A stretch of 64,000 nt of DNA from an uncultured Pseudomonadota bacterium (lineage in GTDB: Bacteria > Oederibacteriota > Muellerivitia > Muellerivitales > Muellerivitaceae). A model generated the notes under the pieces. The model saw nothing but the letters and a program-made list of their open reading frames with translations. It was not told the DNA's origin and made no database searches. A program made the translations under genes and the position numbers. Where the stretch lies: assembly GCA_963770835.1 (NCBI GenBank), contig CAVYRH010000004.1, positions 480,001 to 544,000 of the forward strand, given 5' to 3'. This document shows, one piece after another, positions 19,865 to 28,888 of the stretch. Positions within the stretch are counted from its first letter, which is position 1; every line of letters starts with the position of its first letter.

Positions 19865-22267
19865 ATGGAATCCATCCCGCAAAACCCCGCAAAAACCGTT
19901 CCGGCGATCCAAAGCCGGATGGCGTTTTTCTTGCGGGCATTACCCATGGTTTTTCTTTTCGGCCTTTGGGGAGGCCCGGCTTGGCCGGGGGATTTCAACC
20001 TTTCCGGAAAGGTGCTGGAAAAGGCAACTAAGGCTCCTCTGGGAGGAGCCGCCCTTCATTTGGAGGCTTTGGGCAATATGACCACGGCGTCAGAAACGGC
20101 GCCAGCGGTCAACACTCCCAGCGAGACCCCCGTGAAAAGCGGAAAACCCGCTGCGACGATCCCTTCCACCCCCGTTTCCACTTCCTTTTCCACGGAAACC
20201 GACTTGAAAGGGAATTACCGAATTTCCGTGCCGGAAGGGGATTACCGGGTGGCCGTGGAAAACCCCGGTTATACCAAGGCCAGCTTTCCCGTTTTACACA
20301 TCCACCGGGACACCACCAAGGACTTCTATCTGCAGGCGGATGAATTCTCCATGCCGGAAATGGTGGTTTACGCCCCCAAGGAAGCCCAGGCCCAAGTCAG
20401 CCACGAAACACTCTCCAAGGACGAACTGGCCTCGGTTGCCGGCAGCGTAGGCGACGTGATGCGGGCCGTCCAGTCCCTCCCCGGCGTGATCAACGCGGGC
20501 ACCGAGTACGGGGGGCTTTTGGTGCGCGGAAGCGGGCCCTTCGACAATCTTTACCTGGTGGACCGGGTTCCCATCGCCTTCCCCTTCCATTTCGGCGGGG
20601 CCATTTCCACGCTGGATTCGGCCCTGATCCAGGATTTGGACTTCATCACCGGAGGCCTGGACCCCGAGTACACCAACGCCCTGGGCGGGGTGGTAGACGT
20701 CAACGAAAGGAACCCCCGGACGGACAGGTGGGGTTTCCGGGCGGACGTGAACCTGCTGATGTCGGAGGCGGAAGTCGAGGGTCCCCTCACCTCCGACAGC
20801 TCCCTGGTTTTGGCGGGGCGGCGAAGCTACCTGGACCTCCTCATCGGCAACCTCAGCAACAACAGCTTCACGGCCGTTCCGGTTTTCTCCGATTACCAGG
20901 TGAAGTACAGCTACGCCCCTTCCCCCGGCCAGCGTTGGGATTTCGAGGCTTTCGGCAGCGACGACAGGGTGGGGGTCAATATCAACGGCAGTACCGCCGA
21001 ACAGGACCCCATTTTGGGCGGGAACTTTAATTTTGAGAACGGCTACAACAGCCAAGGCATCAATTACCGGGACAGATCGGACAGCGAAAACACCTTCCGA
21101 AACACCCTTTACCACTCCGATTCCTTCCTCAACGAAAGCTTCGGCGGTGGCCTTTACCTGGACAGCAGCCTGGAGGATTTCGGGGATTGGTTCAGTTGGG
21201 AGCACAATTTCGATAAGGATGACCGCCTGGAGGCGGGGCTCCAATATGACTACCTCCTCAACGGCACCAACGCCTATTTCGTGGTTTTCCCGACCGAGTA
21301 CGACAATCCCGGTTTTACCGCCACCCAGGCGTCCAAGGTCAACGCCAACGACACCCTTTCTTCCAGCGACTTCGGCGCCTATTTCGACCAAAAATTCAAA
21401 TGGCTCGACCGCAAGCTTGAACTCTCGGTGGGCGCCCGGGCGGATTACCTGACCTACAATTCCCAAACCACCTGGGGCCCCCGTTTTTCGGCGGCCTATC
21501 CCTTATCCGGCCAGACCACCCTCGAGGCCTCCTACGGCTATTACCATGAGGCACCCAGCCGCATCGAGGGAAATACCTACCTGGACCCTTCCCTGGGGAA
21601 CCCCCGCCTGGGTTCGGAACAATCCACCGCAACCGTGGTGGGGGTGGAACAAAGCCTGGAGCGGGGGCTGTCGGTACGGTTGGAAGGTTATGAGAAAGAC
21701 TTTTCCCAATTGATCGTATCCGACCCCGTGCTGAACTATTCCAACGCGGGTACGGGAACGGCCCGGGGCGTGGAGGTTTTCCTGAGGCGCGAACCCATCG
21801 ACCAGTTCTTCGGGTGGATTTCCTACTCCTTGAGCGACTCCCAACGGCAGGATAGCCCCGGTTCTCCAGCCTACCCCTACGACTTCAGCGAGCCCAGCAA
21901 CCTGCAGGTGGTGGCTCATTACAAAATCAACCCGGGCTGGGACGCGGGTTTCAAGTTCCTTTATTCCTCCGGGCTGCCTTACACACCGGTCGTTTTGGGC
22001 GCCGCCCAGGCGGTGACCGGCAGCTTTTATGCCCCCCAAACGGGATCCGTGAATTCCCAGCGCCTGCCCGACTATGTCCGGTTGGATGTTTCCACGTCCT
22101 TCCAGACGACCTACGACACCTGGGAATGGCGTTTTTACCTGGAGATCCTGAACGCCTTGAATAACCGCGATGTCCTGGGCTACCAATACAACGCCACTTA
22201 TACCCAACAGAACGCCGTACTGGACCTGCCCTTTTTACCCTATATCGGGTTCGAGGCGAAATATTAG
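19865..22267 (+). CDS. TonB-dependent receptor with N-terminal carboxypeptidase-regulatory-like domain
   Basis: LSGKVLE..YRISVPEGDY, plug DVMRAVQSLPGV..LLVRGS, barrel RLPDYVRLD..LNALN..GFEAKY. Confidence 0.9.
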   Translation: MESIPQNPAKTVPAIQSRMAFFLRALPMVFLFGLWGGPAWPGDFNLSGKVLEKATKAPLGGAALHLEALGNMTTASETAPAVNTPSETPVKSGKPAATIPSTPVSTSFSTETDLKGNYRISVPEGDYRVAVENPGYTKASFPVLHIHRDTTKDFYLQADEFSMPEMVVYAPKEAQAQVSHETLSKDELASVAGSVGDVMRAVQSLPGVINAGTEYGGLLVRGSGPFDNLYLVDRVPIAFPFHFGGAISTLDSALIQDLDFITGGLDPEYTNALGGVVDVNERNPRTDRWGFRADVNLLMSEAEVEGPLTSDSSLVLAGRRSYLDLLIGNLSNNSFTAVPVFSDYQVKYSYAPSPGQRWDFEAFGSDDRVGVNINGSTAEQDPILGGNFNFENGYNSQGINYRDRSDSENTFRNTLYHSDSFLNESFGGGLYLDSSLEDFGDWFSWEHNFDKDDRLEAGLQYDYLLNGTNAYFVVFPTEYDNPGFTATQASKVNANDTLSSSDFGAYFDQKFKWLDRKLELSVGARADYLTYNSQTTWGPRFSAAYPLSGQTTLEASYGYYHEAPSRIEGNTYLDPSLGNPRLGSEQSTATVVGVEQSLERGLSVRLEGYEKDFSQLIVSDPVLNYSNAGTGTARGVEVFLRREPIDQFFGWISYSLSDSQRQDSPGSPAYPYDFSEPSNLQVVAHYKINPGWDAGFKFLYSSGLPYTPVVLGAAQAVTGSFYAPQTGSVNSQRLPDYVRLDVSTSFQTTYDTWEWRFYLEILNALNNRDVLGYQYNATYTQQNAVLDLPFLPYIGFEAKY

Positions 22268-22295
22268 CCTTTCGGTAGTGTTTTAGTTTGAATAA

Positions 22296-22433
22296 TTCCC
22301 CACTTTGAAAAAGGGGCCTCTCGGTTTTGAGGGTACACAGGGGGTTTTCCCTGTGAGAGCCTTTGGGGAGGGGGGTATTAGTCTTTAACAACAAGGCTAA
22401 CTCCCCCTTAATCCCCCTCTTTCAGAGGGGGAA
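22296..22433. repeat. REP-like multi-hairpin element (CCCCCT..AAAGGGGG type)
   Basis: TTCCCCACTTTGAAAAAGGGG ... CTCCCCCTTAATCCCCCTCTTTCAGAGGGGGAA. Confidence 0.6.
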
Positions 22434-22517
22434 AAAGAAAACACACCATCAAACTGATACACCACCAGCCTTTCCTTTCGGTGGAAAAACCCCGCTTAAG
22501 GCATCAAAATAGGGCCA

Positions 22518-24044
22518 ATGGCTCCTCCCAACCCGCGCGGCGTTCCGGCCTCGGATGAAAAGCCCCACTATTTCTTTTCCCGCTGGCTGTTCCTGAAGAT
22601 TTTGGCCCTGGCCTACCTGGCAGCCTTTGGCTCCCTTTGGCTCCAAGTGGACGGCCTGATCGGCGAAAAGGGAATCCTGCCCGCAGCCTCCTTCCTCAAC
22701 GCCGCCCGGGAACAATGGGGGCCGGCCGCCTTTTGGGGTGTTCCCACAATTTGCTGGGCGGGTGCCGGAAACGGTTTTCTCCATTTTCTTTGCGGCGGAG
22801 GGGTGGTACTCTCCGTCCTTCTCTTTTTCGATTTCGTTCCGGTGGCCTGCCTGGCCTTGCTTTGGGTTTTTTACCTGTCGTTAGTTTCGGTGGGGCAGGA
22901 TTTCCTGGCCTTCCAATGGGACAACCTGCTTTTGGAAGCCGGGCTTTTGACGGTTTTCGCCACGCCCCTCCAATGGCGCCTGGGGCGGGACAGCCGCCTG
23001 CCGTCCTCCGGCCTTATTCTTTTCCTCTTCCAGTGGCTCTTGTTCCGGCTGGTGTTCGGGTCGGGCATGGTGAAACTCACCAGCGGCGACCCCACTTGGA
23101 GGAACTTGACCGCCCTGGAATACCACTATTGGACACAGCCCATCCCCCCCCTATCCGCCTGGTTCATAAGCCAACTGCCGGCCTGGTTCCAAAAACTTTC
23201 CTGCCTTTTCATGTTCGGAGCGGAACTGCTCGCGCCTTTTTTGATCTTCGGACCCCGCAAACTGCGGCCTTGGGCCTTCCTGCTAATGGCTTCCCTCCAA
23301 GCCTTTATCCTGCTCACGGGCAACTATTGCTTTTTCAACTACCTCACGCTGGGGCTTTGCCTTTTCGCGCTCGAGGACGCGGCCTGGCCCGGTTGGTTCG
23401 AGCGGTGGTGGGAATCCAAACCGGAACCCGAAAAGGGGCCCGCCTTCCGGTGGCCCTCCTGGATCGTCATCCCCTTCGCGGCTGTGGCGATCTATATGAC
23501 GGCCCTTCAAATGTCCTACTCGATTGGGTTGCGTTTCCAGTGGCCTTCCTGGACTATGGGCATTTACCGGGCCCTGGACCCCTTGCGGTCGTTCAATTCC
23601 TACGGCCTGTTCGCGGTGATGACCACCTCGCGGCCCGAGATAACCGTAGAGGGAAGCGACGACGGAATCCTATGGAAGCCCTACGGTTTCAAATGGAAGG
23701 CCGGGGATTTAAACCAGTCGCCGCATTATGTCGCCCCCTACCAGCCGCGGTTGGACTGGCAGATGTGGTTCGCCGCCCTGGAAAGCCCACAGGAAAATCC
23801 CTGGTTCCTGAATTTCCTGGTCGCGCTCCTGCAAGGCAGTCCGGACGTTTTAGGCCTTTTGAAAGAGAACCCCTTTCCGGACCGGCCGCCCAAGTTCATC
23901 CGGGCGGAAGTTTATGATTATCATTTCACGGATTTCGCGGAAAAAGCCAAAACGGGGAATTGGTGGAAGTCCGAATACGTGGGCCCCTATCAGAGGCCTT
24001 TTTCCCTCGACCAAGTCCGGCTTGAGGGGGGAAGCCCCCATTAG
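22518..24044 (+). CDS. Lipase maturation factor (LMF1) family membrane protein
   Basis: FQWDNLLLEAG, HYWTQPIP, LTGNYCFFNYL, YGLFAVMT and PYQPRLDWQMWF. Confidence 0.93.
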   Translation: MAPPNPRGVPASDEKPHYFFSRWLFLKILALAYLAAFGSLWLQVDGLIGEKGILPAASFLNAAREQWGPAAFWGVPTICWAGAGNGFLHFLCGGGVVLSVLLFFDFVPVACLALLWVFYLSLVSVGQDFLAFQWDNLLLEAGLLTVFATPLQWRLGRDSRLPSSGLILFLFQWLLFRLVFGSGMVKLTSGDPTWRNLTALEYHYWTQPIPPLSAWFISQLPAWFQKLSCLFMFGAELLAPFLIFGPRKLRPWAFLLMASLQAFILLTGNYCFFNYLTLGLCLFALEDAAWPGWFERWWESKPEPEKGPAFRWPSWIVIPFAAVAIYMTALQMSYSIGLRFQWPSWTMGIYRALDPLRSFNSYGLFAVMTTSRPEITVEGSDDGILWKPYGFKWKAGDLNQSPHYVAPYQPRLDWQMWFAALESPQENPWFLNFLVALLQGSPDVLGLLKENPFPDRPPKFIRAEVYDYHFTDFAEKAKTGNWWKSEYVGPYQRPFSLDQVRLEGGSPH

Positions 24045-24084
24045 GGTTGAGCGCCGCTCAATACTTCCGCGTTTAGGAGTCACT

Positions 24085-24729
24085 TTGTTTCAAAAAGACT
24101 ATTGGGAAAGAAAGTCGCTGGAAGACCGGCGGCCGCCGGAACACCCGGTGGTGCGGCAATATGCCCTCTCCAAGATCGAACAAATCCGCCGGTATGTGCC
24201 GCTGGATAAAAACACCCGGCTCTTGGATGTGGGATGTGGAAACGGCTTTTTCTCCCACCCTTTCAGCCAAATCTGCGACACGGTAGGCGTGGACTATTCG
24301 GAAAAAATGCTGGCCAAGAACCCCATCCCCCAGAAGCTGCTGATGGAAGCGGGCCATCTCTCTTTCCAGGATTTTGCCTTCGACGTGGTCTTCTGCCACG
24401 CTTTACTGCACCATGTGGAGGATATGGACAAGGTGCTCCTGGAAATGAGGAGGGTCACCCGAAAATGCGTCGTCGTCATGGAACCCAACCGCAACAATCC
24501 CCTGATGTTCCTTTTTTCCGCCCTTGTCCCCGAGGAACGGCGGGCCTTGAAGTTTTCGATGGAATTTTTAAAAGGGAAAATGGCCCAAAATGGGTTGAGG
24601 GTGACCGCGGCTTTTTCGCACGGAACCACCGTTCCGAACAAAACGCCGGCCTTCTTGCTGCCGCTGATGAGGTTACTGGACTTCAATTACCCGCTGGGGA
24701 TGACGAACATTCTTATCGCTGAACGGTAG
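24085..24729 (+). CDS. Class I SAM-dependent methyltransferase
   Basis: LLDVGCGNG motif I, FDVVFC..LLHHV..EMRRV; TTG start after AGGAG. Confidence 0.88.
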   Translation: MFQKDYWERKSLEDRRPPEHPVVRQYALSKIEQIRRYVPLDKNTRLLDVGCGNGFFSHPFSQICDTVGVDYSEKMLAKNPIPQKLLMEAGHLSFQDFAFDVVFCHALLHHVEDMDKVLLEMRRVTRKCVVVMEPNRNNPLMFLFSALVPEERRALKFSMEFLKGKMAQNGLRVTAAFSHGTTVPNKTPAFLLPLMRLLDFNYPLGMTNILIAER

Positions 24730-24819
24730 TCGACGGTCGACAGTTCACGGTCCACAGGAACGGCCAAGAGTCCCGCGACTTAATCGTGCTGCCGACCGTG
24801 GACTGTCGACTGTGGACTG
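24728..24819. repeat. Heptamer-arm element (GTCSAC unit) overlapping the HAD 3' end
   Basis: AGTCGAC-GGTCGAC-AGTTCAC-GGTCCAC ... CGTGGAC-TGTCGAC-TGTGGAC-TG. Confidence 0.75.
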
Positions 24820-25481
24820 TTTTTGGCGGTTTCGATCCGGTGCAAAAGCTCCCGCAGGCTCAAGTCGGCCATGGACTCGATGCGGTAGTCGGCGTGATCC
24901 AGGTTCAATTGGGCCGTCACCGGGTTAGGTACGGCCACGCAATAAATGCCGGCCGCCCGGGCAGCCTTGATGCCATTGGGGGAATCCTCGAAGGCGACAG
25001 CCCGGTCGGGCGAGACTCCCATGAAGGTCAGGGTGAGGTCGTAAAGTTCGGGATGGGGTTTCACCTTCTCCACGTCGTTGGAAGTCCGGATGGAATGGAA
25101 TAACTCGGCCAGTCCCAGGCGGGAGAGGAGGCCCACGACCCAGTCCTGGTCGGAGCTGGAAGCCACCGCCAGGGCGATTCTCAGTTTCCGGGCCTCCTCC
25201 AAGTAATCCAGGACGCCGGGGCGGGGTTCGAGCCCTGAAATAAGTTCTTGTTCCCTTTTGCGGAAGACCCGCTTTAATTCCGCCCGGTCCAACGGGCGGC
25301 CCAATTGATTTTCCAGGTAGTCATAAACATCGAAAGCGTGGTGGGAGGTGCCGATACATTGGCCCCAAACGGAGATGGGCAATTCCACCCCGAAAGAGCG
25401 GTAAATTTCCGTCCAATTTTGGAAGGCTGCGCTTTCCGTATCCAAGATAAGGCCGTCGAAATCGAAAATAAGGAGGTCCAT
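24780..25481 (-). CDS. HAD-superfamily hydrolase, subfamily IA
   Basis: FDFDGLILDTE, ASSS, KPHPELY and FEDSPNGIKAA motifs. Confidence 0.93.
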   Translation of the reverse strand: MDLLIFDFDGLILDTESAAFQNWTEIYRSFGVELPISVWGQCIGTSHHAFDVYDYLENQLGRPLDRAELKRVFRKREQELISGLEPRPGVLDYLEEARKLRIALAVASSSDQDWVVGLLSRLGLAELFHSIRTSNDVEKVKPHPELYDLTLTFMGVSPDRAVAFEDSPNGIKAARAAGIYCVAVPNPVTAQLNLDHADYRIESMADLSLRELLHRIETAKNSPQSTVHGRQHD

Positions 25482-25490
25482 TGAAAAGCC

Positions 25491-25672
25491 TAGTTTTGCG
25501 TTATGAGTTTTGAGTTCTAAGTTTATGAAATTTTCAATCCTTGAATTGAAAATGGTTCATAGATTACACGGTTTTTCTTTGTTGCAATGAAAAATAATCT
25601 CAAGAAGTTGTTTATTCTAAAGATTAAACAACTTTCCATAACTCAACACTTAGAACTCAAAACTCAGAACTA
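25491..25672. repeat. Heptamer-arm element (TGAGTTT unit) with AT-rich degenerate interior
   Basis: TAGTTTTGCGTTATGAGTTTTGAGTTCTAAG ... CATAACTCAACACTTAGAACTCAAAACTCAGAACTA. Confidence 0.8.
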
Positions 25673-25723
25673 TTTGCTAAACTATTTCGCTGCCAATTTG
25701 GATAGTTTTCTGGATAGAACCTC

Positions 25724-26515
25724 ATGACCATCGAAACCAGGAAGAAGCCCGTCGTGTTGGACGTTGAAAATGTCACCTTGTCCTTCGGAGGACTGGTAGC
25801 GGTCGATAATTTTTCCATGGTGCTCCACGAGGGCGAGTTGTCGGGTTTGATCGGCCCCAACGGGGCCGGCAAAACCACGGTTTTCAACATCCTTTCCGGC
25901 ATCTACCGGCCCCAACAGGGGGATGTGCGGGTGTTTGGAAAACCGATCCTGGGCTTGAAACCCCACCAAATCACCCAGCGGGGCTTGGTGCGGACCTTCC
26001 AGAATATCCGCCTCTTTAAGGAACTCACAGTCGAGACCAATATCAAGGTGGCCTTCCACCATGCCCATCCCTACGGCATCGGCGCGGCACTGGCCCAAAC
26101 CCAGCGCTTCGAGGACGTGGAAAAAGCCTTCGACGAGGAAACCGGCCGCCTCATGGAAGTGCTGGAATTGACCCACCGCAAGGGGTCCCTGGCGGGCGCC
26201 CTGCCCTATGGGGACCAGAAGAAAGTGGAGATCGCCCGGGCCCTGGCCACGGGCGCCCAAATCCTTCTTTTGGACGAGCCGGCCGCCGGCATGAATCCCC
26301 AGGAATCCCAATGGCTCATGCAGGTCATCCAGCGCATCCGAAAGGAATTCAACCTTTCGGTGCTTTTAATCGAGCACGATATGAGGGTGGTCATGGGCAT
26401 CTGCGAGAAGATTTACGTGATGGACCACGGCATCAAGATCGCGGAAGGGTCTCCCAAAGAAATCCAGGAAGATCCGAAAGTCATCGAGGCCTACCTTGGA
26501 ATCAAGAAAAAATAG
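25724..26515 (+). CDS. livG: Branched-chain amino acid ABC transporter ATP-binding protein
   Basis: FGGLVAV, GPNGAGKTT, RTFQNIRLF, LLLDEPAAGMN, IEHDM and VIEAYLG. Confidence 0.9.
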   Translation: MTIETRKKPVVLDVENVTLSFGGLVAVDNFSMVLHEGELSGLIGPNGAGKTTVFNILSGIYRPQQGDVRVFGKPILGLKPHQITQRGLVRTFQNIRLFKELTVETNIKVAFHHAHPYGIGAALAQTQRFEDVEKAFDEETGRLMEVLELTHRKGSLAGALPYGDQKKVEIARALATGAQILLLDEPAAGMNPQESQWLMQVIQRIRKEFNLSVLLIEHDMRVVMGICEKIYVMDHGIKIAEGSPKEIQEDPKVIEAYLGIKKK

Positions 26516-26990
26516 TTATGAGTTTTGGGTTTTTAGTTTTGAGTTGTGGTGAAAAGCCTGACGGTTTTTCCTTTTTTTAAAACTTAGGAAAAGTCACTAA
26601 TGAAAAGCATTGTTAAAGAAAAAAGTTTTAGTTTTGCCCTGGCGATAATTCAGCTATATCAAAGACTAAAACGCAAGAATGAGATTGTTTTATCCAAACA
26701 ACTTCTCCGAAGCGCGACCAGTATTGGGGCCAATGTTGAAGAAGCTTTAGCAGGGCAAAGCCGAAAGGATTTTCTTTCCAAGATGTCCATCGCCTCTAAA
26801 GAAGCCAGAGAAACTTGTTATTGGCTGCAGTTAATGAATGCCTCGAAGTTTGAAGGAGAAAATTATGCGCCATTGTTAGAAAAGGCCCAGGAATTGAAGA
26901 GGATGTTGACTTCTATTGTTAAGACAACAAGGGAAAAATCGGATGATTTTTGACCCTAACTCAAAACTTAGAACTCAAAACTCAAAACTG
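26513..26990. mobile_element. Putative intervening/mobile element: heptamer inverted arms enclosing a four-helix-bundle gene
   Basis: Left arm TAGTTATGAGTTTTGGGTTTTTAGTTTTGAGTT (26513-26545) is largely complementary to right arm AACTCAAAACTTAGAACTCAAAACTCAAAACTG (26958-26990); AT-rich interior between livG and livF. Confidence 0.6.
26600..26953 (+). CDS. Four-helix bundle protein (23S rRNA intervening-sequence protein / bAvd-like family)
   Basis: KSFSFAL..LSKQLLRSATSIGANVEEA..SRKDF.SKMSIA.KEARET.YWL. Confidence 0.92.
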   Translation: MKSIVKEKSFSFALAIIQLYQRLKRKNEIVLSKQLLRSATSIGANVEEALAGQSRKDFLSKMSIASKEARETCYWLQLMNASKFEGENYAPLLEKAQELKRMLTSIVKTTREKSDDF

Positions 26991-27012
26991 ATGCCGCGTT
27001 GAGGACAACCAA

Positions 27013-27735
27013 GTGAACTCAAGCTTATTAGAAATCAAGGACTTAACCGTATTCTACGATGCCATCCAGGCGTTGCGGGGAATCAGTCTGAGTGTCCCGA
27101 AGGGCTCCATTGTCTGCCTCATCGGCGCCAACGGGGCGGGGAAATCCACCGTTTTAAAGACCATTTCGGGAATCAAACGGTCCAGCGGCGGTGAAATCTT
27201 GTTCAACGGACAGGCTATTACCAGTTTTGCTCCCCACACCTTGGTCAAGATGGGCATTGTCCAATGCCCTGAAGGACGGGGGGTGTTTCCCAACTTGACG
27301 GTTGAGGAAAACTTGGACTTAGGGGCTTACGTGCGCCATGACCAGCCGGAAATCAAGAAGGATCTAGATCACGTTTATTCACTTTTCCCACGGTTGAAGG
27401 AGCGGTACAAGCAGGCTGCGGGGACCCTCTCCGGCGGGGAACAGCAAATGCTGGCCATCGGCCGGGCGCTCATGGCCCGTCCCCAACTCTTGCTTTTGGA
27501 TGAGCCTTCCTTGGGGCTCGCCCCGCAGGTCATCGAACTGATTTTTGACACGATTCAAAAAATCAATCATGAGGGAACCACGGTCCTCTTGGTGGAGCAA
27601 AATGCCCAACTCGCCTTAGAATCTTCCTCCTACGCTTATGTCCTTGAAACGGGTGAAATCATTTTAGAAGGGGAGGCCGCTAAGGTTTTGGAGAATCCCA
27701 AGGTTAAACAAGCTTATCTGGGACAGACGGTTTAG
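27013..27735 (+). CDS. livF: Branched-chain amino acid ABC transporter ATP-binding protein
   Basis: GANGAGKST, PEGRGVFPNLTVEENL, LSGGEQQMLAIGRALM, LDEPSLGLAP and VEQNA. Confidence 0.9.
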   Translation: MNSSLLEIKDLTVFYDAIQALRGISLSVPKGSIVCLIGANGAGKSTVLKTISGIKRSSGGEILFNGQAITSFAPHTLVKMGIVQCPEGRGVFPNLTVEENLDLGAYVRHDQPEIKKDLDHVYSLFPRLKERYKQAAGTLSGGEQQMLAIGRALMARPQLLLLDEPSLGLAPQVIELIFDTIQKINHEGTTVLLVEQNAQLALESSSYAYVLETGEIILEGEAAKVLENPKVKQAYLGQTV

Positions 27736-27845
27736 GAGCGTTCCTTATCATTTGATTTTGAACAACAACATGTTTTAAGTTCAATCCATTTAATAAGACA
27801 TTGTCAGTTTGGTATAATCAGGAGCATCCGAAACAAATCGATATC

Positions 27846-28280
27846 ATGATCCGAAAAACACTACTTTCAATTTTCCTTTTCTTTTTGGCCGGGGCATCGA
27901 GCTTGCTCCATGCCCAGAATGACCATTATCCCCAGTACATGGAAAGCGGGAACCAGGCCTACAACGACCAAAAATACGACTTGGCCATTGAGTATTATAA
28001 TTCGGCCATCGATGACAAGTCGGATTGCTGGCAGGCCTACGTGGGCTTGGGCAACTGTTATTACTACCAAAAGAAATTCAAGGACTCCCTCAAGAACTAT
28101 GAGATAGCCCTGAAGATGGACCCCACCAACGATGAACTGGTGAAATTCGTCCAATTTCTGCGGGTGAAGGTAGGCGCCTCCGTCACCCCCACACCAACTC
28201 CCAAATCCATTCCCCAATCCCTGCCCACAGGGCTTCCTCCGCTCCCACCCCCCGGGGCAGTCCTTTCACCACCGAGGTAA
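27846..28280 (+). CDS. Secreted tetratricopeptide repeat protein
   Basis: Signal peptide; TPRs (GNQAY..YDLAIEYY; AYVGLGNCYY); Pro-rich tail; upstream TGGTATAAT. Confidence 0.85.
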   Translation: MIRKTLLSIFLFFLAGASSLLHAQNDHYPQYMESGNQAYNDQKYDLAIEYYNSAIDDKSDCWQAYVGLGNCYYYQKKFKDSLKNYEIALKMDPTNDELVKFVQFLRVKVGASVTPTPTPKSIPQSLPTGLPPLPPPGAVLSPPR

Positions 28281-28468
28281 TAACGGCCTTAATTTTCGGT
28301 GGAATCGAAAAATTTGTTGTTATAATTGTCCTACTTTCCTTTCAAAGCCTTGTTTGCCGACAAGGACCAACCAATTTTAAAAATAACTTCTTGGAACTCA
28401 CCGGTTGAAACCGATATTTTTCAAGGCATCTGTTGAAGACTTTTAATATTTAAATAAGGATAAGAACC

Positions 28469-28888
28469 ATGAAACACGCGCGTTTAGCCGTTGCTGTATT
28501 GTTCCTTCTCCTCGGCTTGGCAGGATCTTCATCGGCCCAGGACCAAGCCACGCCGTACTACACAGCCGGAAACCAGTTTTACTCCCAGCAGAATTACGAC
28601 AAGGCCATTAGTTATTACCAATACGCGGCAAAGCTGAACCCCAATTTGTGGCAGGCCTACCAGGGATTGGGGAACTCCTATTACGCCAAGGGGGACAAAG
28701 CCAATGCCCTCACCAACTACCAGAAGGCCCTCGCCATCAATCCCAATAATCCCCAGCTGTCCTCTTTCACCCAAAGCCTGCAGGCCCAAGTGGGTTCGGC
28801 ACCTCCGGCCCTGCCCAACAACAGCTCAGCGGCTTCCAGCGGAGCCAACCCCGTGGTTTATTCCCCAACGGCCCAAAACAAGTTCTAA
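28469..28888 (+). CDS. Secreted TPR protein (probably the N-terminal half of a TPR/beta-barrel fusion)
   Basis: AAGGA RBS, signal peptide, TPRs AYQGLGNSYY..YQKALAINPNN; TAA followed directly by an in-frame ORF. Confidence 0.8.
   Translation: MKHARLAVAVLFLLLGLAGSSSAQDQATPYYTAGNQFYSQQNYDKAISYYQYAAKLNPNLWQAYQGLGNSYYAKGDKANALTNYQKALAINPNNPQLSSFTQSLQAQVGSAPPALPNNSSAASSGANPVVYSPTAQNKF

Noticed and set aside
22637..23917. 426-aa alternative-frame ORF inside the LMF gene
   Set aside because: Arg/Pro/Gly-rich with no motifs; a typical high-GC shadow ORF.
26600..26953. Diversity-generating retroelement implied by an Avd-like protein
   Set aside because: No reverse transcriptase and no TR/VR pair differing at adenines was seen in the window.
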